From positions 480,001-544,000 of the forward strand of contig CAVUZH010000014.1 in assembly GCA_963745835.1 (NCBI GenBank): a stretch of 64,000 bases of DNA. Direction: 5' to 3'. The notes below the pieces were generated by a model that was not told the DNA's origin, did not search any database, and worked only from the letters and a program-made list of their open reading frames with translations. The position numbers and the translations under genes were made by a program. Position 1 is the stretch's first letter. Each line of letters starts with the position of its first letter. This DNA comes from an uncultured delta proteobacterium (GTDB lineage Bacteria; Desulfobacterota; Binatia; UBA9968). Below are positions 20,296 through 30,159 of the stretch, piece by piece.

Positions 20296-21153
20296 TCAAG
20301 GTTGCGTTACGATACTTGGTTCCATGCCTTCTAATTTGATCGGCAAGTATTCTTTGGCAAAAACTCGGATTGCAGCAGCGACATCGACGGCGGTTCGATC
20401 GACGTAACTGCGCGCGCGAAGCCGGGTTCCAAACTCCAACTGGATGGCATCAATGCCGGTCGCGCGGTGGCTGCCGTAGGTTTGCGCGGTATGGCCGCCA
20501 CTATAACGTGACTCGCGATCATTGACACTGGCGTCGGGCAGTATTTTGTATCCTCTTAAAGCTAACTGGCCGAGTATGCTATGAGATCCAGTCAGTGCTT
20601 GCCGGCCAAATCTCCGAACCAGGTCCGTCACACTCTTACCATGTCTGGTGCCGCGGAAGATAACGTTTGCCTCCGCGGCCTGTCCATGAATATCGAGCAG
20701 CAAGCCGCGTCCCCAGACCTGACGTATCTGTTTGCACGCTTCATCAACTGCGCTGTGAAAAGCGGCATAATAGGGCTGCGCTTCAAGAGCCTCATAAGCT
20801 TCAATGGGCGGGCGATTGGCATCGATGTATTTGCGGTCGAAGCGGGCGATGACAAGAAACGGCTTGGCTCCGGACATTTGGCCAAGCTTCAGCGCAATGG
20901 CTTCGGCTAATTCTGCTGTATTATGATCGCGCCCGGTTTTGAACTGCGGCACACCATTGCCCTGGCGAATGCCGATCCCCGGGATTACCTCACGGCCGCC
21001 ATGTGGCGCGACCAGAACGAGCGGCAGGTTACCGGTCGTAAGCGTCAGCAGCCGTTCAGCTTCGAATACGCTTTGCGCCAGGGCTTCGGTTTGCAACCAG
21101 CCTGTGAGCGCCAGCAGAGCCGAGCTCAAAACCCGTGTGCACTCGCGGTACAT
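20296..21153 (-). CDS. Secreted N-formylglutamate amidohydrolase-like protein
   Basis: APHGG, YIDANR, LLDIHG, AIQLEFG motifs; signal peptide. Confidence 0.75.
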   Translation of the reverse strand: MYRECTRVLSSALLALTGWLQTEALAQSVFEAERLLTLTTGNLPLVLVAPHGGREVIPGIGIRQGNGVPQFKTGRDHNTAELAEAIALKLGQMSGAKPFLVIARFDRKYIDANRPPIEAYEALEAQPYYAAFHSAVDEACKQIRQVWGRGLLLDIHGQAAEANVIFRGTRHGKSVTDLVRRFGRQALTGSHSILGQLALRGYKILPDASVNDRESRYSGGHTAQTYGSHRATGIDAIQLEFGTRLRARSYVDRTAVDVAAAIRVFAKEYLPIKLEGMEPSIVTQP

Positions 21154-21205
21154 ATTACCTGTTATTCCTTTGGTCTAGGTTCGGCACTTTGACTTACGCC
21201 CGACT

Positions 21206-22045
21206 CTAATCAGATTCCGGCATCTTCTCGCGCAGCCGCTCTAAAAACCCGCTCGGAAACGGCTCGGCTTTAAGATCCAATGCCCGTTTCGCTTTGATCC
21301 AAGCCTCCGAGTACCGCTCCTGTGCATAGAGCGAAATAGCCCAAGCGCGCCAACTCGCTGCATCGTTTTGATCGATCTCGATGCTTTCGGCAAAGCGGTT
21401 ATTTGCAAGAACGAAACGATGCGCCCGACCAAGTTGGTCGGCCGGCGGCATTCGCGTCGCGTATTCGGAATGCAAGATCCCGAGATCAGTGAGCAACTGC
21501 ACTCGTTGAGATGAATCGTCGTTTAGTTCCCGCGCAATCTCTAGCTGTTCAACGGCTTCCTTGATTTTCCCTTGCTCGCTCAAGATCGCGCCGAACCCCC
21601 AGAACGCTTGATAATTTTTCTCATCGAGTTGCCAAGCTCGTATGAAATCCTGGAGCGCCAACTCGCGCTGGTTGTTCCTCACGAGCTTCCAGCCCTGCGC
21701 CGCAAATGCTTTGCTGGCGCTTGTGCGGCTGCCGTATTTCGCTACAGAGGCGCGAACGAAATCTTCGTCCGCGTTTTTCAGTGGTATTGATGGGCTAACT
21801 CCCGGCTCGTTGTAGACCGGCGGGGCTTCCGCAAACGCCAGCACAGATCCGGCTGACGCAAGCCGAAGAGAAAATGAAAAGAACAGAAGCAAAAAAACAA
21901 TCGCTCTTCCGAGCCTGGGCCTTTGTCGCCGATGAAATCTTTGATGGAAGCTTTGAAGCTTTATCGCCCCGTGCCATCGAAAACGGCACCGCCCAACCTG
22001 CGTCTGATTGCACTGATATAGCATCGAGCAATCATAACATGGCAA
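21206..22045 (-). CDS. Tetratricopeptide repeat protein, probably exported; true start likely downstream of 22045
   Basis: AWQLDEKNYQAFWGFGAIL and further TPR-like helices; hydrophobic signal-like stretch. Confidence 0.7.
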   Translation of the reverse strand: MPCYDCSMLYQCNQTQVGRCRFRWHGAIKLQSFHQRFHRRQRPRLGRAIVFLLLFFSFSLRLASAGSVLAFAEAPPVYNEPGVSPSIPLKNADEDFVRASVAKYGSRTSASKAFAAQGWKLVRNNQRELALQDFIRAWQLDEKNYQAFWGFGAILSEQGKIKEAVEQLEIARELNDDSSQRVQLLTDLGILHSEYATRMPPADQLGRAHRFVLANNRFAESIEIDQNDAASWRAWAISLYAQERYSEAWIKAKRALDLKAEPFPSGFLERLREKMPESD

Positions 22046-22191
22046 CCGCTCTCAACAAGATTTATTGCCGTCAAGTGTCAAAGTAATCTTCGGGAGTTTG
22101 TGCCGGCTAAAAATCTGAGCAGCCTTTCAGTTGCTTGACCGTCAGCGGGTCTGAGGATATTTTGACGGGAATCCAAGTCAAGGAGTTTCAG

Positions 22192-22962
22192 ATGATCGAA
22201 GGACTTAAAGATAAAGTCGTTATCGTCACCGGCGGGGGTCATGGGATCGGCCGGGCTTATTGCCTGGGTTTTGGCGGAGCCGGCGCGAAAGTCGTTGTCG
22301 CAGACATTGATGAACCGGCCTCCGTCAAGGTAGCCAAGGAAGTCAATTCTCAAACCGATGCGCAATCGTTGTCGGTGAAGGTCGATGTTGCCAATGAGGC
22401 CTCGACGCAGGAGATGGTCAGGCTCGCTCTCGATCGCTTCGGCAAAGTCGATATTCTGATCAACAACGCTGCGATCTTCGCAACAATTCCCATGAACCGG
22501 GGCGGTATCGATTCCATCGATCCTGACGAGTGGGACCGAATGATGTCGGTGAATCTCAAAGGCCTCTTCTTTTGCTGTCGCGCCGTGCTGCCGATCATGC
22601 GCAAGCAGAAATCCGGCAAGATCGTCAATATTTCGTCGGGCACAGCATTGAACGGCAGCGCCGGGCGTATTCACTATGTAACGTCGAAGGCCGGCGTGAT
22701 TGGTTTCACGCGAACCCTGGCGCGCGAAGTCGGCGAAGACAACATCAATGTCAATGCCCTCGCGCCGGGCTCAACCCTTTCGGAAGAAAATCCCACCGAA
22801 GAGATTATCAAAATGCGCGGCGCGCGTTTGACCGATCGATGTTTAAAACGAGTGCAGCTACCCAAGGACTTGGTCGGAACCGTTTTGTTTCTATCTTCTC
22901 CTTTGAGCGATTTCATGACCGGCCAAACCGTCGCCGTCGATGGCGGCGTGGCGTTTTTGTAG
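22192..22962 (+). CDS. SDR family oxidoreductase
   Basis: TGGGHGIG, NNAA, YVTSK; AAGGAG RBS before ATG 22192. Confidence 0.93.
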   Translation: MIEGLKDKVVIVTGGGHGIGRAYCLGFGGAGAKVVVADIDEPASVKVAKEVNSQTDAQSLSVKVDVANEASTQEMVRLALDRFGKVDILINNAAIFATIPMNRGGIDSIDPDEWDRMMSVNLKGLFFCCRAVLPIMRKQKSGKIVNISSGTALNGSAGRIHYVTSKAGVIGFTRTLAREVGEDNINVNALAPGSTLSEENPTEEIIKMRGARLTDRCLKRVQLPKDLVGTVLFLSSPLSDFMTGQTVAVDGGVAFL

Positions 22963-22974
22963 GTTTCCATCTCC

Positions 22975-23796
22975 ATGGCCGGTTACCAGCATCGAACTAT
23001 CCGTGTCGGTGACGTCAAGACTCACTTTCTTGAAGCCGGGAGCGGCCCGGATCTGCTGTTGCTTCACGGCGGTGAATACGGCGCATCGGCCGAAATCACC
23101 TGGAAATACAGCATCGAATCGCTAGCGCAGCAGTTTCATGTGGTTGCGCCCGACGTTCTCGGTTGGGGCGAGACCGACAAGATTTACAGCTTTTCCGATC
23201 CGGCCGGCTACCGCATCAGCCATATGAAACGATTTCTGGAAACGATCGGCGTCAGCAAGGCCTACTTCGTCGGCAACTCGGCGGGAGGCGGCTTGATCTT
23301 ACGAGCTTCCGTGCTCGATCCGACGCCATTTCAAATCCGCAAGATGGTCACCATCTGCGGCAACGCCAGCGTGTTCAAAACCCAATCGCAAGCTGATCTG
23401 GAAAACTATACGCCCTCATTGGAGAACATGAAGAAGATCGTCGCACTGCTTTACCATGATCCCAAATGGCAGAGCGAAGAAAATATCCGCGAGCGCTATG
23501 AGAGTTCGATTGTCCCTGGCGCGTGGGAAACGCTCTCGGCAGCGCGCCTGAGAAGCCCGGTGCACCAGGCGCGCTCCAGCACGGAAGAGTTCGTCAAGAA
23601 GCTTTCACAGTTGCGCTTGCCATTACTGATCATGTCCTGCGAACACGATCCGCTGAATCAAAGAGATTGGGACATCAATTTTCAAAAGATCGTTCCCGGT
23701 TCCAGAGTTCATCGCTTCAAGCATTCAGCCCATGAGCCGCAAATCGAGGAGGCCGAGGAATTCAATCGGGTGCTAGCTGAATTCTTGCTTGATTAG
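22975..23796 (+). CDS. Alpha/beta-fold hydrolase (meta-cleavage-product hydrolase-like)
   Basis: LLHGG, nucleophile elbow GNSAGG, catalytic His in SAHEPQIE. Confidence 0.88.
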   Translation: MAGYQHRTIRVGDVKTHFLEAGSGPDLLLLHGGEYGASAEITWKYSIESLAQQFHVVAPDVLGWGETDKIYSFSDPAGYRISHMKRFLETIGVSKAYFVGNSAGGGLILRASVLDPTPFQIRKMVTICGNASVFKTQSQADLENYTPSLENMKKIVALLYHDPKWQSEENIRERYESSIVPGAWETLSAARLRSPVHQARSSTEEFVKKLSQLRLPLLIMSCEHDPLNQRDWDINFQKIVPGSRVHRFKHSAHEPQIEEAEEFNRVLAEFLLD

Positions 23797-23999
23797 CGGT
23801 CCTCCCGTTCACCGTCAATTGTCTCCCGTCAGCAATGAATCAGTGCCGCCTAGCGGCATCCGCTGCACTAGAGGTAAGGGCGGACACCGCTGGACGAGCA
23901 TGTCAGGCGTGGTAACCGGTTGCAGTGGGTGGGACGCACGGAGCCATAGAGTTGGTCATCAAACCGAGTGAGTTAGTTGCGCTATCTAAATAGATTTGT

Positions 24000-24560
24000 T
24001 TATTGCTGGTAAATTTTATCTTCCCTCACCACCACGAAACCGTACATTTTGTCTTCTACAAAATGATTCCGTATGGCGCAAATTACTAGGTAAGTTCCGG
24101 GCTTTGAGAAATGAACCACTTCAACCCGGTCGCGTGCTCCAGTTGGAGCGGTTTCATTGGCACCGCGGTAAATTCTTTTATCGGGATCATCTATTACGCC
24201 GCCCGCCGTCGTGATACCAGGGACCAGCATATTTTGATCGATGTCCCCGGGCCGAGTGCCGTCATCATAAATGGCGACGACATGGTTGCCACTGATGATG
24301 AAGTTCACTCCCCCGCTATCGTTTCGTGAGATATTGATATTGGCTACATTAGGTATCATTTCGTGGTGATTGCCCGCACCCATGGCCGGGTTGCCGGCAA
24401 ATCTATCAAGCGGCGGGTCGGTTTGCCAAAGGCCAAAGCTTACAGTCGTATCAGCGCGGCGACCACTCAGTCGATAGTCATCCACAGTTTGCGATCTTGC
24501 GCTCGGGGCTATAACACAGAAACTTAGAATGGTAATGATCAGTACTACGGACCGTTTCAT
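24000..24560 (-). CDS. Secreted cupredoxin (type 1 copper) domain protein
   Basis: Signal peptide; H in GNHVV plus PGTYLVIC-x4-H-x5-M; GGAGG RBS before MKRSVV. Confidence 0.8.
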   Translation of the reverse strand: MKRSVVLIITILSFCVIAPSARSQTVDDYRLSGRRADTTVSFGLWQTDPPLDRFAGNPAMGAGNHHEMIPNVANINISRNDSGGVNFIISGNHVVAIYDDGTRPGDIDQNMLVPGITTAGGVIDDPDKRIYRGANETAPTGARDRVEVVHFSKPGTYLVICAIRNHFVEDKMYGFVVVREDKIYQQ

Positions 24561-24745
24561 TAGTTTTCCTCCCATGTGGTGATGGACTTTGTGATAACCT
24601 CCGTGGCGCGGCCTATCGCCTCCGCGAAGCTTCCACGGAAAGACCCTCGGGAGGCATATTTCAATTCGCATGACCGAGTTTACGGTTGATATGTTAATCT
24701 CGAGTTTCGGCATTTCTTAGCTCCTTCGGATTCTGAACTCGAATG

Positions 24746-25706
24746 CTACTGCGAACGGTTCGCATTAAGCTGCAGCGTCTGTTGCAGCGCTTGCTCCAAC
24801 TCTCGCACGGTCACAAGCCCTTCAAACTTCCCCCGGATGATTCCTTCCCCGTCAACTACAAAAATCCACGGCTCGGAGACGAGGCGCCACTCTTCTACAG
24901 TCGGAAAAACCTTTTTGCTGGCGAAGTCCTGCCAGATTTCCTGATGGATAAAGGCAACTCGCTTGTTGTAAGTGGGAAACAACTGCCGAACGATATCGAC
25001 TACCGGGCCGCACATTCGGCTGGTGCAGAACTGCGGGGTGGCGAAGACGATGAGCTGGGGCTTCCGTTGAGCGATGGCCTCCGCGATTCGTACTTGGTGT
25101 AGTCGAGGATCGGGTTTCTGACTGGTATCAATTTGGCGCAGATCACGCACGTCCGAGGCGATCAAATTGCGACTGCGCGGCGCGAGAGTGCCCAAGCCCG
25201 GCGTTTGCGGCGCGCTGGCCACCGTAACCGTGAGACGCGCCGTTGCCAAAGAGCCATTATCATCCCGCGCCTGCAGCTCGATACCCCAAGGACCAGGATG
25301 CGTGAACGTGAGCCGAGTGACATAAAGACCGCGCACCTCGCTTTCGGCACGATGCACGTGCCGTGTGCCGTCAGCATGACGATGCACGCGCCCGCCACTC
25401 TCGCGCAATTTCGACCGGATGATAAAGAGCGTTGGTTTCCGCTATAAGGTTTGGCTTCGGCCCATCGATTGAATAAATCCGAAGTTGAACATCGGCGTTT
25501 TCCAGAAGCTTGTTTGCCTTTGCGAGTCCAAAGGCAAAGCGATTTTCGCCGACGATCAGTTCCGATGTCGTGATTAGCGGTTGCAGATCGTCATTCGATT
25601 CGGCTGCTAACGCTATCCCGAAGTCCGCCGGGTGGCGGTGAATCAAATGGAGACCAGTCAATAGAAGGAGTAACGCGAGGACGCCAGAAAAAATCTCTTT
25701 CATCAC
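24746..25706 (-). CDS. Exported protein with a His-rich loop and C-terminal thioredoxin-like domain (one frameshift near 25407)
   Basis: Two track ORFs (25371-25706, 24746-25408) join when one base is removed: signal peptide, GENRFAFGL, VHRHADGTRHVH, FATPQFCTSRMCGP, SEPWIFVVD. Confidence 0.75.
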
Positions 25707-25810
25707 TATCCATCCTGTGAATCCAAGAAGTTATGATGAAATTATCTCTGCTAGCCCGGGTGCGTTGATCGAGGAGTAATTTGATCATCTACCCTGCTGC
25801 TGCGGGCATG

Positions 25811-25828
25811 TCAATAAAATTTTATTGA
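25811..25828. promoter_or_regulatory. Perfect 18-bp palindrome overlapping a TTGACA -35 box (operator)
   Basis: TCAATAAAATTTTATTGA; on the minus strand it runs into TTGACA (25809-25814), about 105 bp upstream of the 25706 gene. Confidence 0.6.
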
Positions 25829-26200
25829 GTATTGCACTGCTAATTGTTTGGCGGAATAACTGATCGGATTCGAATACTGGTCCTGAGCTGCGCTTCTCTA
25901 TAGATGCGACAACACTCCTGCCATCTTCTTCTGGCCTGTCGCTGCACTTAATCTGACCAGAAAAGATCCGAGCGGCGCGGTATCTGTAATGAGCCTGCAA
26001 TCGCGCGCTCCAGGAGGGAGGCCTACGAATGGATTACTTCGCTATATCAAAAGTTAGACCGGGATTGTGGTTGCCACGCGAAATAGTCGCTTGCAACTAC
26101 ACTGTAGCAGTTCCTTGCCCACCCATTAGCAGTAGCAGATGCCACCACAACGACCAGTCTCACTTTGGCCCAGATGGAGAATCATCAAGTCGCCGCATGC

Positions 26201-26488
26201 CTAACGGGTTCGATTGTACTCATAGTCTTCACGTTCGCTCGTGCCCACTCTCAGCTCCGGCGGCATAGTCGGACGAACACTGGTCAATGCGTGCACGTCC
26301 AGAGCTGCCTTGTCGATCCATCGTTCCAGCAGCACCAGTTTGTCGGGATTCACAGCACTTTGAAATACCTCAAACTGTTCACAGCCAGGCTCTTTCATCA
26401 CTTCCGTACAGTACGCCCTATACAGTTGTGCGAGCTCCGCGCCTCTTCCCGGTGCCGCTGCGATAGTTACAATCAGCCTAATTGCCAT
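26201..26488 (-). CDS. Antibiotic biosynthesis monooxygenase (ABM) family protein
   Basis: EPGCEQF, LLERWIDKAALDVH; AGGAGAGG RBS before MAIRL. Confidence 0.88.
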   Translation of the reverse strand: MAIRLIVTIAAAPGRGAELAQLYRAYCTEVMKEPGCEQFEVFQSAVNPDKLVLLERWIDKAALDVHALTSVRPTMPPELRVGTSEREDYEYNRTR

Positions 26489-26611
26489 ATCCTCTCCTCT
26501 TTCCCGGCTTGCCGGTGACGTATAATCTCGCACCGGCGCCGTCGAAACAATCTGCGATCGGAGCAGTGCCACACAATCATGCGGCGGGCGCAAACTGCAC
26601 GTCGCCGCTTC

Positions 26612-27295
26612 TTACGTCCGCTTGGTACCGGCGCGTGCGAACTCGTCCCGTCGTGCGACTGTCGCCTTTAGAAGATGAGCCGGGATGTCTTTCGCGCCAC
26701 CCAGCACTTCGGCGAAAATCGCCATCTGGGCAGCCTCCTCGACGATCAAGTTGGCCCGCGCCGCTGCCGCTGGATCCGCGCCAAAGGCGAGCACCCCATG
26801 ATTTTCCAACAGCACTGCTTTGGTATTAGCCGCACTGCTCAGAGCGGCGGCGATATTGTCCACGGATGCCGCGGAACCTCGGGGGCCATAATGCGCCAGC
26901 GGCACACCGTCAGTCATCTCGGCGCGCACTAGGGCCTCATAGGAGCAGGATAGGGACCGGCTGGCGAGCGCGAAACTGGTGGCGTAAGTGGAATGAGTGT
27001 GCACCACAGCGCCTGTCTCGGGGCGTTGCTTGTACACCACCGCGTGCATGTGGACGATTTCAGCGTTGGTCGGATTGATTGCACCTTCGAGGAGTCGTCC
27101 ATCAAGATCGAGGAGCGCGAGATTCTCGGGATTGAGACTGTCGAACGAACTGGTCGCGGTGAGCAGAATAGTATCGGTGTTCGGCACACGCACGCTGAAG
27201 TTGCCATGATGGCTCATCGAAATCGCGCCGACGCGCACCAGCATATTCGCGCCATCGACAACAGCTTGGCGCAAGGCTAGATGTCCGAGTGTCAT
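26612..27295 (-). CDS. Class II aldolase/adducin family protein
   Basis: GNFSVR, MHAVVY..RP, VHTHS, LLENHG; GAGGAG RBS before MTLGH. Confidence 0.9.
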   Translation of the reverse strand: MTLGHLALRQAVVDGANMLVRVGAISMSHHGNFSVRVPNTDTILLTATSSFDSLNPENLALLDLDGRLLEGAINPTNAEIVHMHAVVYKQRPETGAVVHTHSTYATSFALASRSLSCSYEALVRAEMTDGVPLAHYGPRGSAASVDNIAAALSSAANTKAVLLENHGVLAFGADPAAAARANLIVEEAAQMAIFAEVLGGAKDIPAHLLKATVARRDEFARAGTKRT

Positions 27296-27516
27296 AATTC
27301 CTCCTCTGCTGACCGGAGCATCAACGATTGATGTTGCGGACGAACCGCCGAAGAACGACAAAGTCGATTAAAAGCGCACATAGACTCAGGCGCTACACTG
27401 ATCGTAGATGAACCTTACCTTTGCATTTTCATACGACTATCGGCAGATGTATTTTTCCTACCGTATGAGCGACACCGTAAATAACCTCCACCAGTTCGCA
27501 AGTCGTAACACTAGGC

Positions 27517-28074
27517 TCATTTCTTTGGTTCCAGAAAACTCAGCCGTTCGGCCATCGGTGTCTGTGCAAAAACGTATCCGCACACCTGGCAGGTCCGAAT
27601 CTGTTCGTTGTCGTTAAACTCCTGATAGACGGCCGAAACCTGACTCGGAATATTGCCCTGATTCACGACTCGACTGAGGACCAGTTCGTCGCATCTCTCG
27701 CAGAACCAGGCAAACTCTTCCTTTTCTTCATCACGGCGTTTGCGTTCGATAACCAGGCCCCAGGTGTTTTCATAGCGGCGCGGCGAATGCGGCAGATCGC
27801 CGGGACAAACAAAAATCTCTCCCTGCTTGATCGTAACGACCTCTCGCCTTTCGCCCGGCGGCTTCAAGTGCAGCTCCATGTCGCCTTCGATTTGGTAAAA
27901 AAACTCGTCGCCAGGCTCGATGTGAAAATCGAGCCGAGTATTGGGCCCGCGCAGAATCATCACCAAAAAATCTTTGTGATGGACGATGAGTTGATTGGTT
28001 CTGAACGGAGGGTTGAAAAGGTGCTGATTCTCATCGACCCAGCGCTTTAAATTGAATGTCGAAAGCGTTTCCAT
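27517..28074 (-). CDS. nbaC: 3-hydroxyanthranilate 3,4-dioxygenase
   Basis: GPNTRLDFH..GDEFFYQ.EG, PHSPRR, GLVIERKR and rubredoxin-like CERC...CQVC; alternative GTG start at 28080. Confidence 0.88.
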   Translation of the reverse strand: METLSTFNLKRWVDENQHLFNPPFRTNQLIVHHKDFLVMILRGPNTRLDFHIEPGDEFFYQIEGDMELHLKPPGERREVVTIKQGEIFVCPGDLPHSPRRYENTWGLVIERKRRDEEKEEFAWFCERCDELVLSRVVNQGNIPSQVSAVYQEFNDNEQIRTCQVCGYVFAQTPMAERLSFLEPKK

Positions 28075-28122
28075 CACCACTACTCGAACTCAGGCGGGCG
28101 CAACATAGAGGTAAATGCCAAA

Positions 28123-28902
28123 TCAATGCAGATTTCTTCGCGCGCACTCCCGCGCGACGCCGTCAGTTAGTGCCCACCAAATCGATAAGCCCTTATGCAG
28201 GGCCTTGAGCACTCTGACTTGGAGCTCGTTCGTGGTAGCAAACTGTTCGACGAGCTCATAACCGATATTGCTGTGCTCGGTGTCCGCCTCGCCATGTTCG
28301 GCAAAAAATTCGATGTTGTTCGAACTCAATCCGTAGTGGGTCTTGAAGGCTTTGAAGAATCTGCCGCCGGTCAATTGATTGGAAAACTCATTGCAGCAGT
28401 TGGTCGCCGCCACTTGCTCGAGAATATGATTGCTGCGCAACGCGATATCGATCCAGCCGATCCGCGCTAAAACAGTCGTCGGGAGGAAGTCTTCTTCACG
28501 TTCGCAACGCTCCAATTCCTGCGCGGGAATTCCGATGCTCTCTCCGAAACGGAGAAACAACGCCCGATGGCCGGGCACGGGCCGCGGGCTGCCTTCAAAG
28601 TATTTATAGCCCACCTCTGAGTGAATGATGTCGACGAATTTTTTGTGAATTTCCGGATCGTGAATCCCCGATAACTGGCACCGAACTAGTTTCGCGGTAT
28701 TGATCGCCACGTTGCAAGCAAAAATTCCCCAAGCCTCTTTCGCCCAGATCCTGACCGCGTCTAACGGCAATTTTCCATCGTAAAGGTCCGCATAGAACGG
28801 GTGGTGTAGACGGGCATGCCGATTCTTGACCTCATCGATCAGTACATTACAGAAATCTTCAGTCGGTAAAGTTTCGCCACTGAGCACCATTTCGGCTGAC
28901 AT
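28123..28902 (-). CDS. Heme-oxygenase-like diiron protein (TenA/PqqC/CADD superfamily)
   Basis: HPFY...GKL N-terminus; putative ligands E(HSEVG), H(PGHRAL), E(NEF), H-x3-D-x2-H (EHGEADTEH). Confidence 0.85.
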   Translation of the reverse strand: MSAEMVLSGETLPTEDFCNVLIDEVKNRHARLHHPFYADLYDGKLPLDAVRIWAKEAWGIFACNVAINTAKLVRCQLSGIHDPEIHKKFVDIIHSEVGYKYFEGSPRPVPGHRALFLRFGESIGIPAQELERCEREEDFLPTTVLARIGWIDIALRSNHILEQVAATNCCNEFSNQLTGGRFFKAFKTHYGLSSNNIEFFAEHGEADTEHSNIGYELVEQFATTNELQVRVLKALHKGLSIWWALTDGVARECARRNLH

Positions 28903-28952
28903 CATCACCTCGCTTCATACTTGAAATTCATAAGCTTCTTCACCTTGCGCCT

Positions 28953-29396
28953 TCATTTCAGCGCTAGGCCCTTCTCCCGATTATCGTATTTATATTTATT
29001 TGCATTGCAGGCGATCTCTACGCGATTTCCGTCCGGATCCAGAAAACTAATCGAACGGTTGCCGGCAACTTCCAGTGTCTCCGGGCCGCTGACAATCGGG
29101 ATCTTTCGTCTTTTGAGAACCGGATACAGATCATCGATTTCCTTATTGGAGCCGACATAGATGCAGAAGTGGTGGATTTTGGGAACGCCGTTAGCGCTGA
29201 CTGCTCTAGCCCCTTTTGGCAGCTCCATGAGAGCAATGTCATGATGCTCCCGACCGTAGCTCAAGAAAGTCATCTTCGTCCTGAGATTACGCGCCGACAC
29301 TTTGAGCCCGAGCACAGTACGATAGAATCCCTCTGACTTTTTCAGGTCAGCAACATTGAGGACAATATGCCCGAGCACGCCACTCTTGATCGGCAT
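28953..29396 (-). CDS. VOC family protein (glyoxalase / extradiol dioxygenase-like)
   Basis: LGHIVLNV, EHHDIAL, IHHF, DPDGNRVE; start MPIKS after GAGGA. Confidence 0.9.
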   Translation of the reverse strand: MPIKSGVLGHIVLNVADLKKSEGFYRTVLGLKVSARNLRTKMTFLSYGREHHDIALMELPKGARAVSANGVPKIHHFCIYVGSNKEIDDLYPVLKRRKIPIVSGPETLEVAGNRSISFLDPDGNRVEIACNANKYKYDNREKGLALK

Positions 29397-29696
29397 AGAA
29401 ATCCTCATATTAAGCCCGCTCACGTCTGTCAAGGCGAACGGCTCATCGTAGCAGGCGAACTTGATCAAACTTCCGGACAGCAAGACTCCACGAAACATTA
29501 CCTACGTCATGGAATTTGTTTTGGTAGATGTGCAATGAATGAGGCAACGGATTCCACACAAAGTCAGCTGTGTGACGGATGGGTTCCGGCAAACTGACGC
29601 GGAAGCCAAAGACACGCTTCGACTCCCGCATCAGGTAGAGATCATCACTCAATGCCGATCGTCTGTCGGCCCTGAGGATCACGCTGCGTGGGTGAA

Positions 29697-30122
29697 TTAC
29701 CTCGACGAGCCGGAGCCCTTTTCCACCGTCCCCGTCATCGGGCTCTTCTCCGGCAGCGGCGTTCCGCCACTGCTCCGTTCAGACTTCGATCCACCCACTG
29801 ATTCATTCAGGTCTGGATTTATCGTCTGACCATCTTTTGTCCGCGACTGGCTCGTTCCCTTACTGGTGCCACTAGAACTGGAGTCCTTAGTTGACCCAGG
29901 GCCTTTCTCGACTGTCCCTGTCTGCGGGCTCTTCTCCGGGAGCGGAGTCTGACTGTCGTTACCTGTTCTCTCCGACTGCGAAGCACCGACGGATGGATTA
30001 AGGTCCGGATTCACTTTGCTGTCCCTGCTTTTAGTTTGCGCGAGACCCATTCCAGCATCGGCGGTAATCCAAGCTGCGGTGAGAACAGAAGCGGAAATCG
30101 CTAATAGCCTTTTGGCTTTCAT
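29697..30122 (-). CDS. Secreted Ser/Gly/Thr-rich protein with two copies of a roughly 40-aa repeat
   Basis: Signal peptide, AAGGAGG RBS; NPDLNxSVGxSxSER...TPLPEKSPxTGTVEKG occurs twice. Confidence 0.8.
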   Translation of the reverse strand: MKAKRLLAISASVLTAAWITADAGMGLAQTKSRDSKVNPDLNPSVGASQSERTGNDSQTPLPEKSPQTGTVEKGPGSTKDSSSSGTSKGTSQSRTKDGQTINPDLNESVGGSKSERSSGGTPLPEKSPMTGTVEKGSGSSR

Positions 30123-30159
30123 AAATTAAAACCTCCTTCAAAAGATTACTTTAATCAGC

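Noticed and set aside
28123-28902. Calling the diiron protein PqqC or CADD
   Set aside because: There are no pqq or folate genes nearby and the first E-H spacing is longer than in CADD. The Trp at the CADD Tyr43 position also occurs in PqqC-like proteins, so it is not diagnostic.
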